Origin: Raphidiopsis brookii D9
Lineage (GTDB): Bacteria; Cyanobacteriota; Cyanobacteriia; Cyanobacteriales; Nostocaceae
Reading direction: 5' to 3'
DNA length: 29,593 nt
Assembly (NCBI GenBank): GCA_000175855.1
Contig: ACYB01000017.1
Span: 1-29,593, forward strand
In this document: positions 28,755 to 29,593 of the stretch, piece by piece
Position numbering within the stretch: the first letter of the stretch is position 1
How the letters are laid out: each line of letters starts with the position of its first letter
The notes under the pieces: generated by a model
The model's database searches: none
The model's input: only the letters and a program-made list of their open reading frames with translations
What the model was told of the DNA's origin: nothing
Made by a program: the position numbers and the translations under genes

Positions 28755-29593
28755 ATGTCACTGGTAAATTTTCAGGTACAAACAGCCTGTCTAAATCCTC
28801 AACAAATATTTTTAGCTTTGTCACAGGTAATTCCGAGTCAAACCATCACCAAGGCTATTGAATCTACTTGTAGTTCTCAACGAAGACTCAGAATATTACC
28901 AACTTATATCATAGTTACCTTAGTCATCGCCATGAGTTTTTGGTCATCTGACTCCATAGTTGATGTGTTCAAAAATCTCATTCATGGTTTGAGTTCTTTA
29001 CACATCCCATCAGGTTTACGTCTTCAAACCCCATCCGCTTCATCAATTACAGAAGCCCGCCAAAGAACCGGAGCAGCTGTCATGAGAAGGTTATTTGAAC
29101 TGGTGGCAAAGCCCTTAGCAACAATATTAACACCTGGTGCTTTTTTAGGGGAATTAAGAATTATGGCTGTGGACGGAACAGTTTTTGATGTTCCAGATAC
29201 TTCCACAAATGCTAGAGTCTTCGGCTATCCTGGTTCTCCTAAAGGGACTTATCCAGGTTTTCCTAAAGTCAGATTAGTATTTTTGGTGGAAGCAGGTACT
29301 CATTTAATTATAGATGCTTTTTGTTATCCCTATCGTATGGGAGAAAGGAGAGGTGCTTTAAAGTTACTACGCAGTATTAATTCTAGTATGTTATTAATGT
29401 GGGACAGAGGATTACATTCTTTTAAGATGGTTCATACTGTCATTAAACAACAAGGAAATTTCCTTGGTCGTGTTCCTGGCAATGTGAAGTTTCAAGTAGT
29501 GAAAACGCTGGCAGATGGTTCTTATTTATCATGGATTGCACCAGATGGACAGTCAAGAAAGAAAGGGAGCAAAAAGAATGGAGGGTCGTATTA
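28755..29593 (+). CDS. IS4-like family DDE transposase, 3' end beyond window
   Basis: Open frame from ATG 28755 to the window edge: MSLVNFQVQTACLNPQQIFLALSQVIPSQTITKAIESTCSSQRRLRILPTYIIVTLVIAMSFWSSDSIVDVFKNLIHGLS...SSITEARQRTGAAVMRRLFELVAKPLA...LRIMAVDGTVFDVPDTSTNARVFGYPGSPKG...LLMWDRGLHSFKMV. Missed by the ORF track because no stop is reached. Confidence 0.88.
   Translation, partial: MSLVNFQVQTACLNPQQIFLALSQVIPSQTITKAIESTCSSQRRLRILPTYIIVTLVIAMSFWSSDSIVDVFKNLIHGLSSLHIPSGLRLQTPSASSITEARQRTGAAVMRRLFELVAKPLATILTPGAFLGELRIMAVDGTVFDVPDTSTNARVFGYPGSPKGTYPGFPKVRLVFLVEAGTHLIIDAFCYPYRMGERRGALKLLRSINSSMLLMWDRGLHSFKMVHTVIKQQGNFLGRVPGNVKFQVVKTLADGSYLSWIAPDGQSRKKGSKKNGGSY

Larger units (their letters stand above)
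28187..29593 (+). mobile_element. Insertion element interrupting cbiO, left part only (runs off window)
   Basis: cbiO homology stops near 28186, followed by a divergent 130-aa ORF and an IS4-like transposase ORF. The left boundary is approximate. Confidence 0.75.

Overview
This 29.6 kb window is cyanobacterial, most like a heterocyst-forming or Raphidiopsis/Cylindrospermopsis-type genome. That placement is an inference from chlB, psbZ, DUF3110 and HIP1 GCGATCGC sites. The right two thirds is mostly housekeeping: chlB, gcvP, a proA-like gene, tRNA-Gly(GCC), ribH, psbZ, a DHH-CBS-CCA nucleotidyltransferase fusion, mobA, an FTR1 permease / HHH lipoprotein / multicopper oxidase iron cassette, and cbiM-cbiQ-cbiO. 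The cbiO gene is cut by a mobile element carrying a 130-aa divergent ORF and an IS4-like transposase that is absent from the ORF track because it runs off the window. The left third is accessory. The strongest candidate for an undescribed system is a minus-strand RiPP locus at about 1.9-5.1 kb. It has a short GG-leader precursor whose core is CFWPIPKPWPIPRPKPRTPWF, next to a HopA1-family gene and an APH-like phosphotransferase gene. That kinase + HopA1 pair resembles the dehydration machinery of class V lanthipeptides and thioamitides. The precursor gene is flanked by two ~295-bp near-identical promoter/terminator copies, which suggests a contracted precursor array. Other notable items are a CHAT-nSTAND (defence-like) gene frameshifted between its putative His and Cys catalytic residues, a secreted protease-TPR protein with a recent 306-bp higher-order repeat, and a ProA-like protein lacking the catalytic Cys. 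All calls come from reading the sequence; no database searches were run.
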